64,000 nucleotides of DNA from positions 65,907 through 129,906 of the IMG/VR virus record IMGVR_UViG_3300030333_006551, one strand, 5' to 3'. Position 1 is the first letter of the stretch. Each line of letters starts with the position of its first letter. This document shows positions 1-8,540 of this stretch, piece by piece. The position numbers and the translations under genes were made by a program. The stretch is from a virus. Below the pieces are notes generated by a model, which saw only the letters and a list, made by a program, of their open reading frames with translations, was not told the DNA's origin and did no database searches.

Positions 1-1
1 T

Positions 2-88
2 GAAGAATTACGAATCTTTGCTCTGACTTATGGAGTTGTAAAACAATCTAATAGTATTAAGGATCAAGAGAGGGCTTGGGCACCATGA
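2..88 (+). CDS. 3' end of a CDS entering from upstream of the window (...EELRIFALTYGVVKQSNSIKDQERAWAP*)
   Basis: Open frame from base 2 to TGA 86-88, overlapping the next ATG (ATGA 85-88), as expected for coupled phage genes. Confidence 0.55.
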   Translation, partial: EELRIFALTYGVVKQSNSIKDQERAWAP

Positions 89-543
89 AAATAATTAATA
101 TAGGTACTGCTAATTCCTTATCTTCTAAAATTGATGGTCTTGTTCAGCCCGGTCGTAGAACAATGGCTACAGCAAAAAGATTTGTTAATGCTGTATGCAT
201 TTTAAGAAGTGGTGGAAAGCCTTATATGAAAATAACCATAAAAAACTCAAGTACTGCCTATCGTGGTATGAAAGGGAATGATCTGAGTTTTCACGCAGTT
301 TATAACTCAAATAGATATTTTATGGAGATTCATGATAGTAAATCTAATACCGATAGGTTTGGGCCTAGACTAAATAGTGGTACTAACAAAGATTCTATTC
401 AAGATATGGTGGATAAAGCTAATAGTAATTCTACTTGGAATCCTCATTTTACTTTTTCAGTTATTCAGGACGCTGATGATGTAACTTTTGATGCTGATTT
501 TGACGGGCGTGGAACCAGGTTTAGAGGAGGAAGAGGGAGGTGA
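85..543 (+). CDS. hypothetical protein
   Basis: Track ORF 76..543. ATG at 85 preferred because of the ATGA overlap and upstream GAGAGG. Confidence 0.7.
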   Translation: MKIINIGTANSLSSKIDGLVQPGRRTMATAKRFVNAVCILRSGGKPYMKITIKNSSTAYRGMKGNDLSFHAVYNSNRYFMEIHDSKSNTDRFGPRLNSGTNKDSIQDMVDKANSNSTWNPHFTFSVIQDADDVTFDADFDGRGTRFRGGRGR

Positions 544-546
544 GTT

Positions 547-1503
547 ATGGCTGATTACCGTCCTCTGGTTGTGTCGGGGACTGCATCTAATAGCGTAATA
601 ACGGAGCTTCCTACAAGCTCTATTTTAATAGCTGACGGTGTTCGTTTAGGTGCTTCCGCTCTTTCTATTAGCGGTCATTTAGAGCTAATAGGTGGTCTCT
701 CAGGTACGCCTTCAGTATCATCTACTGCTATAAATTCACCTGCATTCACTGGTGGAACTTTTACAGGAACAAGTGTTTCCGCTACTGATATTTCCTCAGT
801 AGGGGTTTCCTGTGTTGGAGGTGGAGGAGCCCACCTATTCATTAGACGGGATGATGGGGCTACATACCCAAATCTTATTAGAGCGACTGATGGGACAATA
901 ACTCTTCAAACTGAAGATGACATCCATTTTAAATCTAATAATGGCGAAGATTTTGCTAGATTTAATGAAAATGCGGCTGTTTGGTTATATCACAATGATT
1001 CTAAAAAAATAGAAACACATGCAGGTGGTGCTGTAGTAAACGGAACTTTAAGCGCAACAACGGGTATGGAGTCTAGCGGTTGTCCTGTCCCTCAGCCTTT
1101 TGGTTATATGCAACTCGACAGTGACGGTACAGATAGTGTAGATGAAACTAACTTAGGGGCAGGAGCGACTGTCACTAATATTGTATCCAACACCGACCAT
1201 ATTAGCTGGAACGATACTGCTAAATACTTTAATGTTAGTGCTGCTGGCGTTTATGAAGTATTGGGAGTTGTTATTCTTGAGGGGGGATCAACCCTGGTCG
1301 ATCTCTCTATTCAAAAAAACGGATCGGATGTCTTGGTGGGGCAGCCAAGAGTGCATTCAACGGTTGATCCATTGGAACACACTATTCGAGCAGTATTTAC
1401 ATGTGCCGCATCGGATTATGTTAGCATCACTTATGATGCGACTGCTTCAAACTCAGTAAAAGCCATTACGGGCTCTACCATGTCCGTTAAGAGATTAAAA
1501 TAA
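547..1503 (+). CDS. fibre/decoration protein with C-terminal C1q/BclA-C-like domain
   Basis: Ser/Gly/Thr-rich shaft, phage fibre repeat ARFNENAAVWLYHNDSKKIET, and C-terminal pattern AAGVYEV...LSIQKNG...CAASDYVSI typical of C1q/TNF-like jelly rolls. Confidence 0.6.
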   Translation: MADYRPLVVSGTASNSVITELPTSSILIADGVRLGASALSISGHLELIGGLSGTPSVSSTAINSPAFTGGTFTGTSVSATDISSVGVSCVGGGGAHLFIRRDDGATYPNLIRATDGTITLQTEDDIHFKSNNGEDFARFNENAAVWLYHNDSKKIETHAGGAVVNGTLSATTGMESSGCPVPQPFGYMQLDSDGTDSVDETNLGAGATVTNIVSNTDHISWNDTAKYFNVSAAGVYEVLGVVILEGGSTLVDLSIQKNGSDVLVGQPRVHSTVDPLEHTIRAVFTCAASDYVSITYDATASNSVKAITGSTMSVKRLK

Positions 1504-1736
1504 TGATTACACAAGATAAAAAAAATATACTCTCTAAAGAGACTTTAATGCCGATGGGCATGGTGCTAGTTCTTTGTGGAGGTGTAGTTTGGATTAGTAA
1601 TCAACTAAGTTTAATTCATAATAAGTTAGAGTTATTAGAAGCAAGTTTAGAAGATCAATGGACTAGACGAGATATGGAAAACTGGGCATTAAAATTAAAA
1701 CTAGAAAACCCTGACATTACACTTCCACTTGACTAG
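1503..1736 (+). CDS. small single-pass membrane protein with coiled coil
   Basis: Hydrophobic LMPMGMVLVLCGGVVWI followed by heptad-like LIHNKLELLEASLED. TAATG overlap with the upstream gene. Confidence 0.65.
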   Translation: MITQDKKNILSKETLMPMGMVLVLCGGVVWISNQLSLIHNKLELLEASLEDQWTRRDMENWALKLKLENPDITLPLD

Positions 1737-1756
1737 ATATTTAGGAGGGATTACTT

Positions 1757-2323
1757 ATGAGTAAACTTATTTTAGTATTATTTTGTTTGGTTACTTTTAG
1801 TTCTACAGCTTTATCCCAAGATAGAGGTCGCATGGATTTAGATGCGATAAAGACCCGTGTAGAGGGTGCAGTAGAATCAGGTAGAATGACTCAAAAACAG
1901 GCAGATGCCTTATATAAGGAGTTAAAAGGGCGTAAGGCTCTTGAAAAAAAAGACGATGGCGTACAGCGAAAAGGTTTTAGATCATTACCACAATCCAAGG
2001 AATGTGGGAAGTTTCAAAAAGGGCGAAAAGGATGTAGGAACGGGAGTAGTCGGGGCTCCAGAATGCGGAGATGTAATGAAGCTGCAAATAAAGGTAGAAG
2101 GGGATCTCATCGTGGATGCCAAGTTCAAGACTTTCGGATGTGGCAGCGCAATCGCTTCTTCCAGTCTCGCCACGCAATGGATCAAAGGCAAGCGGCTGGA
2201 CGAGGCAAACGCGATCACAAACTCCCAAATAGTGAACGAGTTAAGCCTTCCTCCCGTAAAGATTCATTGCAGCGTTCTGGCAGAGGACGCGATAAAAGCC
2301 GCAATAAAAGACTACAAAAATAA
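1757..2323 (+). CDS. putative secreted protein (signal peptide) with Arg/Gly/Lys-rich tail overprinted on iscU
   Basis: Strong RBS AGGAGG upstream. MSKLILVLFCLVTFSSTALS-Q resembles a Sec signal peptide. The frame stays open across nearly all of iscU. Confidence 0.7.
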   Translation: MSKLILVLFCLVTFSSTALSQDRGRMDLDAIKTRVEGAVESGRMTQKQADALYKELKGRKALEKKDDGVQRKGFRSLPQSKECGKFQKGRKGCRNGSSRGSRMRRCNEAANKGRRGSHRGCQVQDFRMWQRNRFFQSRHAMDQRQAAGRGKRDHKLPNSERVKPSSRKDSLQRSGRGRDKSRNKRLQK

Positions 2324-2330
2324 TAACTAA
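1956..2330 (+). CDS. iscU: Fe-S cluster assembly scaffold IscU
   Basis: MAYSEKVLDHYHNPRNVG N-terminus, APECGDVM, FKTFGCGSAIASSS and LPPVKIHCS (three Cys, Asp, His and the HscA-binding LPPVK motif). ATG at 1956. Confidence 0.95.
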   Translation: MAYSEKVLDHYHNPRNVGSFKKGEKDVGTGVVGAPECGDVMKLQIKVEGDLIVDAKFKTFGCGSAIASSSLATQWIKGKRLDEANAITNSQIVNELSLPPVKIHCSVLAEDAIKAAIKDYKNNN

Positions 2331-2554
2331 TCAATCATATGATTTTGTTTTAGCAGTCTAATTAGTCTCCAGGTGTAATTATTTCTAAAAATTTCTAACT
2401 CTGATAGACAGTTTTCTAACACCCTAAGCCCATCCTCAGAAACGGTGGGCTTTTTTTGTATGTTAGTTAAATTATTTTGTATAGCTTTTAATGTAGTAAT
2501 TTCAGTTTCAGATAATTTTGCTACATGTTTTTTTATATCTTTTATATCTTTCAT
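2327..2554 (-). CDS. hypothetical helical protein
   Basis: 75-aa ORF coupled (ATGA overlap) to the helicase gene and convergent with iscU. Confidence 0.6.
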   Translation of the reverse strand: MKDIKDIKKHVAKLSETEITTLKAIQNNLTNIQKKPTVSEDGLRVLENCLSELEIFRNNYTWRLIRLLKQNHMID

Positions 2555-3921
2555 AATACTTTTACATCATGTCCTTCGCGTTCATAGTGTTTTTTTCTTG
2601 CTCTGGAATGCTCGTTTAAATACTTTTCTTTGTCTAAGAAATCGTAAATATAAACACACTCTTTTGAGTCATGTCTTCTGAGAGCGCGGCCTAGAGCTTG
2701 GAGAGTTGCTATCTCAGATTTCATTCCTCGCGCATTTATAAAATGTGTTATTTCCTCAATGTTAACCCCTGTTTGCAGGATTTTAGTACCAATGAGGATG
2801 CTAGATTCTCCACATCCTCTGAATCTAGATATAGCTTCATACCTTTCTCCAACTGAATTGCACCCTTGGAGGAATTCACAACTCCCTCCAAGTAAGTCTT
2901 CCAAGGTTCTTCCGTGATCAAGTGATTTGGTAAGTATAAGTATACGGGCTTGTTTATTTCGTTTTCTGATATCATCTACAATCTCTCTTATAATTTTGTT
3001 TCTTAGGTCATTGTTAATAATGTATTCATCATATACTTCTAAGTAAGACATATCCTCATCTAGCCCACTAGCAGTGTAACTTCTATCAATTAGCTGTATT
3101 ATGGGTTTTGCAAGTTTTCCATCATCTATTAGATTTGCTGTATTTTTAGATTCAATAATTGGTCCTAATGCGCCCTCCAAATTATATTTTGGAATTGGAT
3201 CTTTTGGGGGCGTTGCGGTAAACCCAAATCTATATTCTGCTTTTGGGAAAGCCTGAATTGCAGGTAATGTAGTTTTTCCATTTGCAAATTCGTGACATTC
3301 ATCAATCATCAACACTTCAGCATCGTCAAGGTGAGTATCTAATATTTTTTCTATACTTTGAACAGTACAAAGCATTATATCCCCATGAATATAACCCTCC
3401 CCATAACACAAACCAACTCCTTTAAAATTACAAGTTTGTGTTAGGAACTCATAGGTTTGAGTTAGTAGTTGTTTTGCATTAAACAGAATCACCATTTTTT
3501 TGCCGAATAATCCCTTAATTAACCCTGCCATAATTAAAGTTTTTCCTGATCCTGTAGGAGATTTTATAATTCCCCTCAATTGATTCAGACCTCGCATAAT
3601 AAGGTCCTCTTGATAATCATAATAAGTAAACCCTTCAATTTGCCAATTGTGTGGGGTTACAGGTAGGTTAGTTTTTTCGTACTTTATTTCTGGTGTACAG
3701 TCTATCTTTTTTAAATCGTCTAAGATTCTAGGTAAAAGACCTGTCCTAAAAGTTCCAGTATTTGTTATAAATTTTTTCTCTCCAGACCATCTCCTGGATC
3801 TATACGCTGACGAAAATTCACTCCCAGGGACTTTAAAGGTATATAGTTTTACTAAGGCTTTAAGTAATTTGGGATTATCAGTTATTAATTTAGATTTAAT
3901 ATTTGATACTTGTATTTCCAT
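2551..3921 (-). CDS. uvsW: superfamily 2 DNA helicase, UvsW-like
   Basis: Q-motif YDYQ, Walker A SPTGSGKT, DECH box, GFTAT, GVNIEEI, QALGRALR. N-terminal FKVPG..F...Y....W.G matches UvsW-like helicases. Confidence 0.85.
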   Translation of the reverse strand: MEIQVSNIKSKLITDNPKLLKALVKLYTFKVPGSEFSSAYRSRRWSGEKKFITNTGTFRTGLLPRILDDLKKIDCTPEIKYEKTNLPVTPHNWQIEGFTYYDYQEDLIMRGLNQLRGIIKSPTGSGKTLIMAGLIKGLFGKKMVILFNAKQLLTQTYEFLTQTCNFKGVGLCYGEGYIHGDIMLCTVQSIEKILDTHLDDAEVLMIDECHEFANGKTTLPAIQAFPKAEYRFGFTATPPKDPIPKYNLEGALGPIIESKNTANLIDDGKLAKPIIQLIDRSYTASGLDEDMSYLEVYDEYIINNDLRNKIIREIVDDIRKRNKQARILILTKSLDHGRTLEDLLGGSCEFLQGCNSVGERYEAISRFRGCGESSILIGTKILQTGVNIEEITHFINARGMKSEIATLQALGRALRRHDSKECVYIYDFLDKEKYLNEHSRARKKHYEREGHDVKVL

Positions 3922-3926
3922 ACATC

Positions 3927-3935
3927 CTATAATAG
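3927..3935. promoter_or_regulatory. near-palindromic CTATAATAG element between divergent helicase and gp26-like genes
   Basis: Reads TATAAT on + and TATTAT on -, the latter 7 nt before the helicase ATG. Confidence 0.5.
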
Positions 3936-3949
3936 TCTAGAGGTAAAAA

Positions 3950-4714
3950 ATGAATACGAAAGAAACCACCCCAGAAGCTTTTTCTCTGACTGAGGAGGAG
4001 GAAATTGCTAGTATCTTAGAGCATCTTCCAAGTGATGTTGAGATACAGGTAGAAGTCCCTTCCAGGGGAAAGTTTTATGGATCGAATTTTGATGAAACAA
4101 AAGTCTCTGTTCGTCCTATGAGTTTTGAGGATGAAAAGGCAATTATTACAGCGCAAAACGATCCTTCAATAGATGGAGCTAACCTACTTCTATCTAGATG
4201 CGTACAGGGCTTAGATGTTGAAAATTTGCTTTTAATGGACAAATTGTTTCTTATTTTAAAAATTAGAGAATTATCTTATGGCTCTGAATATAAAGTCATG
4301 TCCTTATGCTCTAAGTGTAATGCTGAAAATAAGCTATCTATTGAACTTGATAAATTAATCAATGTTAGTATCCCTGATGATTTTACGGATCCTCAGGAGA
4401 TTTATCTTCCAAAGATCAAAAAAAATTGTAAGGTAAGAATGCCTAGGGTTACTGATGAGGCTTATCTTACCAACCCTGACAAAACACTTGACCAACTCTG
4501 GAGGTTCGTTCCAGAAATAGGAGGCAGCAAAGATAAAGGTGTCATCGCCAAAGTGATTAAGAGATTACCCATCTCAGATCTACATACAATAATTAACGCA
4601 GTATCGAATACTGAATATGGTATTCAAACTGAAGTTAAATTTATTTGTTCAACTTGTAGTGAGCACAACGCGATAGCCTTGCCGATTACGCCAAATTTTT
4701 TCTCTCCGAATTAA
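3950..4714 (+). CDS. baseplate hub assembly protein, T4 gp26-like
   Basis: VPSRGKFY...VRPMSFEDEK, LLLMDKLFLILKIRELSYG, two CxxC pairs (CSKC, CSTC), C-terminal PNFF. Confidence 0.8.
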   Translation: MNTKETTPEAFSLTEEEEIASILEHLPSDVEIQVEVPSRGKFYGSNFDETKVSVRPMSFEDEKAIITAQNDPSIDGANLLLSRCVQGLDVENLLLMDKLFLILKIRELSYGSEYKVMSLCSKCNAENKLSIELDKLINVSIPDDFTDPQEIYLPKIKKNCKVRMPRVTDEAYLTNPDKTLDQLWRFVPEIGGSKDKGVIAKVIKRLPISDLHTIINAVSNTEYGIQTEVKFICSTCSEHNAIALPITPNFFSPN

Positions 4715-4893
4715 CTGATGGATTAACTTTAAAAGACCTAATTCAAGAAGCCTATATACTAATAAAGCATGTGGGCTTAAGTTATAGCGATGTTCTACAC
4801 TTAACTAGGTCTGAAAGAGTTATATTTATGAATCTTCTTATGGAAGAGCAGGAGCGAGAAAAAGATGCCATTAGTAAATCAAACATCAGTTAA
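4696..4893 (+). CDS. gp51-like baseplate hub assembly segment, predicted -1 frameshift extension of the gp26-like gene
   Basis: The -1 frame is open 4663-4893 (FFLSELTDGLTLKDLIQEAYILIKHVGLSYSDVLHLTRSERVIFMNLLMEEQERE...). No ATG/GTG/TTG before 4771. Slippery T TTT TTC at 4696-4702. Confidence 0.7.
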   Translation, partial: FFLSELTDGLTLKDLIQEAYILIKHVGLSYSDVLHLTRSERVIFMNLLMEEQEREKDAISKSNIS

Positions 4894-5893
4894 TGATCGT
4901 CATAATAGACCAAGCGTACTTTCTAGAGTGCTGCTTAGATCCTTTTTTATAGATGATGGGATTCCTAGAAACCCTTATGCTATTAGATCAGTACACATTT
5001 TTAACAAGAATGACCATATAGCCCCTAACACAGTTTTAGGCGAAGATGGTCTAATTTCGGAGGAAGGTGCTGAGAAGTCCTTAATGGTATTTGGACCTGC
5101 GGCAGAGGATGGTGAAACACTAACTGCTAGTAATTTTGATGAAGATTCCTACACAGGAGAAGTAAATCCTGCTCCTACTGAAGGACAGCAAGATATTACT
5201 AATGTCGGTACAAGCGGCATCTATAATTTAGGTAAAAAAGTTGGAGAATACGGCGTAGTTTTAGATGGCTTTAATGCCGGGAACATTTCAGGTGTTGATA
5301 GAGTAAATCAGTTTATTGTTCAAAACACAGCATCATCAACCGCAAAATACATTGATGTTTGGACAGTAAAGTTTAGCCCTAATTCTGATTGGCAGGTTGT
5401 TATAAATGACTTTGAGCTTTTTGCTGATACTTTTGTAACTTTAACTCAGCCTTTACTTCTCACTGCAAAAAATAAACTATTTAACAGACGCATAAGGTTA
5501 GGTTCTGATGTTTCTATTAAGGTAGGAACTGAAATCACGATTCAAAATCGAGATATTGACGAAGCTACTAAAAATGCATTAAAAGGCTCTTCTGTTAGTG
5601 GTGTAGAGATCAAAATGCATAAGCATAATGAAGATGTAAATCTTCCAGCTAGAGTGTTAGTTGCTTCTTCAACCGATGTTGAAGTAACTTCAGATAACAC
5701 AATAGTTTGGAATTTTGATACAACAGACCTTAGAGGTAAACGACCAGGAGACACCTACGATGAAGGCGAGGAGGTTCCAATTTTTGATGATGATGATTTA
5801 GGGTCAAGAACTGGTACTTATTCTATTCAAGTTTCATATGATTTAATTGATCAGCACATAGTTAGCCCACTATTTTATCTAATAATTAGTTAA
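4865..5893 (+). CDS. hypothetical, probably virion structural protein
   Basis: 342-aa beta-rich acidic ORF in an operon with the gp26-like gene. Confidence 0.7.
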   Translation: MPLVNQTSVNDRHNRPSVLSRVLLRSFFIDDGIPRNPYAIRSVHIFNKNDHIAPNTVLGEDGLISEEGAEKSLMVFGPAAEDGETLTASNFDEDSYTGEVNPAPTEGQQDITNVGTSGIYNLGKKVGEYGVVLDGFNAGNISGVDRVNQFIVQNTASSTAKYIDVWTVKFSPNSDWQVVINDFELFADTFVTLTQPLLLTAKNKLFNRRIRLGSDVSIKVGTEITIQNRDIDEATKNALKGSSVSGVEIKMHKHNEDVNLPARVLVASSTDVEVTSDNTIVWNFDTTDLRGKRPGDTYDEGEEVPIFDDDDLGSRTGTYSIQVSYDLIDQHIVSPLFYLIIS

Positions 5894-5935
5894 CTTATTA
5901 GATTCGTAGAGTATATAAATTAGGAGATACACCCA

Positions 5936-6490
5936 ATGGCTATTACAAAATACACAATAAGCAAAGGAAGCTTCGGGGACGCGGAAAATGGCGAAACATT
6001 TGCAGCATCAGGAAGCACCTTCGATAACAGTGGAATCACTGGAGATTGGAGAGTACATATTCAAAATATTGAAATCATGTACCGCAGAAAGACTCAGTAT
6101 AAGCCTGAAGATGGTACAGAAGATTTTAATTACATCGAGGCTAGTTATACTATTGAAACTTCTAGAGAGCATATTTACGCAACCGCAAGTGGTGGCGACT
6201 TCTTTAAACCCCATGTTTTAGAGCTTCAGAGTGACTCCTCGACTGGTGGTGTAGGCTTAAGTGGCACCATTAGAACCCAAGAGATGGGGTTCATGCGAAG
6301 ACTTGTGCAAGAGGATGATGTTGAATCACAAACCAGAACAACTGCATCAGTTAATGCATGCAGGCTTCCTGGGGCTTACAATGCAAGTTTCGATACTTCC
6401 ACCACGGTAAACGGGACAATATTTGATATTTGTCAGGCAGCAAAGCAAAAATCCTGTCCTGAATTTGAATTAGCATTCTTAGATCTCTAA
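5936..6490 (+). CDS. hypothetical protein
   Basis: AGGAG RBS and upstream TATATAAAT. 184-aa ORF. Confidence 0.7.
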   Translation: MAITKYTISKGSFGDAENGETFAASGSTFDNSGITGDWRVHIQNIEIMYRRKTQYKPEDGTEDFNYIEASYTIETSREHIYATASGGDFFKPHVLELQSDSSTGGVGLSGTIRTQEMGFMRRLVQEDDVESQTRTTASVNACRLPGAYNASFDTSTTVNGTIFDICQAAKQKSCPEFELAFLDL

Positions 6491-7497
6491 AAGGTTTGGT
6501 TTAGCTGCTGATTAGCGATGGTTTCGTAGGTATAATCGTACTGATTTTCATGAATCCAAGAACTTAAGTTTTCCTCCTTAATATGTGCTTCATTCCAATC
6601 TTTTGATGTTTGTGGGGGAAACACTACACTAAATTCAGGCATTAAATACTGCCGTCTTTGAGTTTCGAACTTAGCCAAACCCCGAACCCCTGCGTCATCA
6701 TTGTCATATGCAAGAATTATCTTACCTGAAAACTCTTTGAGCATTTGCATTTGGACCCCCGAGATTGAGCTTCCGACAGTGCAAGTAGCATTAAAGCCAT
6801 GTAGGTTTAATGTAATAGCGTCTAGGGGACCCTCGCAGATAATTAGGTGATCAGCGTCATAATCAAATGGGTACAGAATATTACTGGCTTTGATTCCTTC
6901 GTCAACAGAGGGATTTAGGTACTTGGGTTGTATGTCAGGTGATAAAGCACGGGCCTGGAAAAAGAAAATTTCACCCATGTCATCCTTGAACGGGATAATT
7001 AGACGATCCTTATACCTCCCTTGTGTAGCTAGATAGTATGGAGCCTCTTCAAATTTAGAAGTATTGAAGAGCCCTCTGGACATAAGAAAGTTCCAAGCTT
7101 TTATCACCTGATCATTCTTTGATTCATAACTATTGATGTTTATAGGGATGAAACCTTGTAGATCTAAGGTTGATTCTACTTCAGTACTTTCTTTCTTTTC
7201 AGATGTTCTTTCCCACGCTGCATAGTTATTATCCTCTAACTCACGAAATAAAAGGGCCGACTCCGCTCGTTTATACGAAATACCTTCTAAAATCGAGTAT
7301 AAACGGATGAAATTTCCTGTTTTACCTGTTTTGAAGCATTGCCACAAACCTGAGGTGAGATTGACGCTCATATGTTTTTTGTAGTCATTTTCGATGAAAA
7401 AGGATGGGATTATAAGCTCTGCATGGTTGGATGATTCTTTATAATCGCTGCCCACTTTTTCAATGAGGTAGTCTTTAATGAACTGAGGATTTATCAT
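6487..7497 (-). CDS. DNA primase (DnaG/TOPRIM type)
   Basis: RLIIPF, FFQARAL, PKYLNP, ICEGPLDA and AYDNDDAG (TOPRIM DxD), KDWNE. Start placed at MINPQF (7497). Confidence 0.9.
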   Translation of the reverse strand: MINPQFIKDYLIEKVGSDYKESSNHAELIIPSFFIENDYKKHMSVNLTSGLWQCFKTGKTGNFIRLYSILEGISYKRAESALLFRELEDNNYAAWERTSEKKESTEVESTLDLQGFIPININSYESKNDQVIKAWNFLMSRGLFNTSKFEEAPYYLATQGRYKDRLIIPFKDDMGEIFFFQARALSPDIQPKYLNPSVDEGIKASNILYPFDYDADHLIICEGPLDAITLNLHGFNATCTVGSSISGVQMQMLKEFSGKIILAYDNDDAGVRGLAKFETQRRQYLMPEFSVVFPPQTSKDWNEAHIKEENLSSWIHENQYDYTYETIANQQLNQTF

Positions 7498-8263
7498 GTT
7501 TATAAATACAATAAGTAATTCGAAACGAGACACATTTAAGCAGTGCAAGCTCAAGTACCGCTACAAGTATGTAGACAAACTTGAGGAGCCTGACTCATTA
7601 AATACCGACGCTCTTCATTTTGGCTCATATATCCACAAAATCTTTGAGGATGGAGTCCAAAGCACTACTTTTGAGCAACTAAAAGGTATATCAGAAGACT
7701 TAAAAGGAAATTATAAGTTTTCCAAGAGCTATAACAACAAAATAGACCCTTGTTTAAAGAATTTTCTACGCCTAAATGCTTCTTTTTCAGAAGTAGGTAC
7801 AAGTGAACAGCATTTTAACCTAGAGATTGCGGAAGGTATCACCATTAACGGATATATTGATAGGATTATCAAAGGGCGTAACGGTGGATATCTCGTTTTA
7901 GACTACAAAACATCTAAAAGAGAGAAAAGTAAGATAGACCTCTTCCAAGATAGCCAAATGAAAGGCTATGTATATGCCGTGCATAAGCTCTACAATATTC
8001 CGATTGAGAGTATTACTGCTGGTCACTACTACCCTCTGTCGGATAACTTAGTGACCGTGAAATATACCTCTGCTCAGATACGAGCACACATTAAGAGTGT
8101 GCTAGATGATGTATGGAAAATCAGAAAGGCTAAGAAAACTGATTTAACTCCCATGCAGAATCAGTTCTGCAATTGGTGCGCGTATAAAAGCTACTGCACT
8201 GAGTTTAATGAGGGTTGTGTCGTTCAACAACGACTAAGCGAGGCTAAGAAGCGGAGCGGTTAA
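7496..8263 (+). CDS. PD-(D/E)XK exonuclease, Cas4/AddB-like, with four-Cys Fe-S motif
   Basis: FKQCKLKY, GSYIHKIFE, GYIDRI, LDYKTS, QMKGY and C-terminal CNWCAYKSYC. Confidence 0.85.
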   Translation: MFINTISNSKRDTFKQCKLKYRYKYVDKLEEPDSLNTDALHFGSYIHKIFEDGVQSTTFEQLKGISEDLKGNYKFSKSYNNKIDPCLKNFLRLNASFSEVGTSEQHFNLEIAEGITINGYIDRIIKGRNGGYLVLDYKTSKREKSKIDLFQDSQMKGYVYAVHKLYNIPIESITAGHYYPLSDNLVTVKYTSAQIRAHIKSVLDDVWKIRKAKKTDLTPMQNQFCNWCAYKSYCTEFNEGCVVQQRLSEAKKRSG

Positions 8264-8540
8264 AGAAGTTATAAAGCATCCAACTTGTACCAGAGCCTAA
8301 AGCTCCGTCAAGTAAAAGGCAATTTGTGGGCGAAAGGTATGTATACCCTAAAAGAACGCCAACCCAAAAACCAAAGCAAAGAGGGCAGCTAAAGAGCTTG
8401 CCTAAAAAATCGCTTCTATTTCTAATAGCAGTTCTCCATTTCTCAAAAATGGTGCCATCGGTAACTATGAGGGTGAGGCTAAAGCAAACCAAAACCCACA
8501 TAAAAAAGCTGTGTAAATCTGTCATTTGAATATCAATCAT
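8244..8540 (-). CDS. membrane protein, DUF1360-like
   Basis: Hydrophobic segments with IFEKWR...LFSCPLCFGFWVG motif. Confidence 0.65.
   Translation of the reverse strand: MIDIQMTDLHSFFMWVLVCFSLTLIVTDGTIFEKWRTAIRNRSDFLGKLFSCPLCFGFWVGVLLGYTYLSPTNCLLLDGALGSGTSWMLYNFFNRSAS

Noticed and set aside
1977-2228. Two antisense ORFs over iscU
   Set aside because: Short, with no RBS or motif, and expected in this locally more GC-rich, stop-poor segment.
7501-7508. Exact TATAAATA late-promoter match
   Set aside because: It lies just downstream of the nuclease start codon with no + strand gene start to serve, so it is probably chance in AT-rich DNA.
7498-7554. Longer primase N-terminus (track start 7554)
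   Set aside because: The extra 19 aa lie antisense to the nuclease's conserved N-terminus and do not resemble primase sequence.
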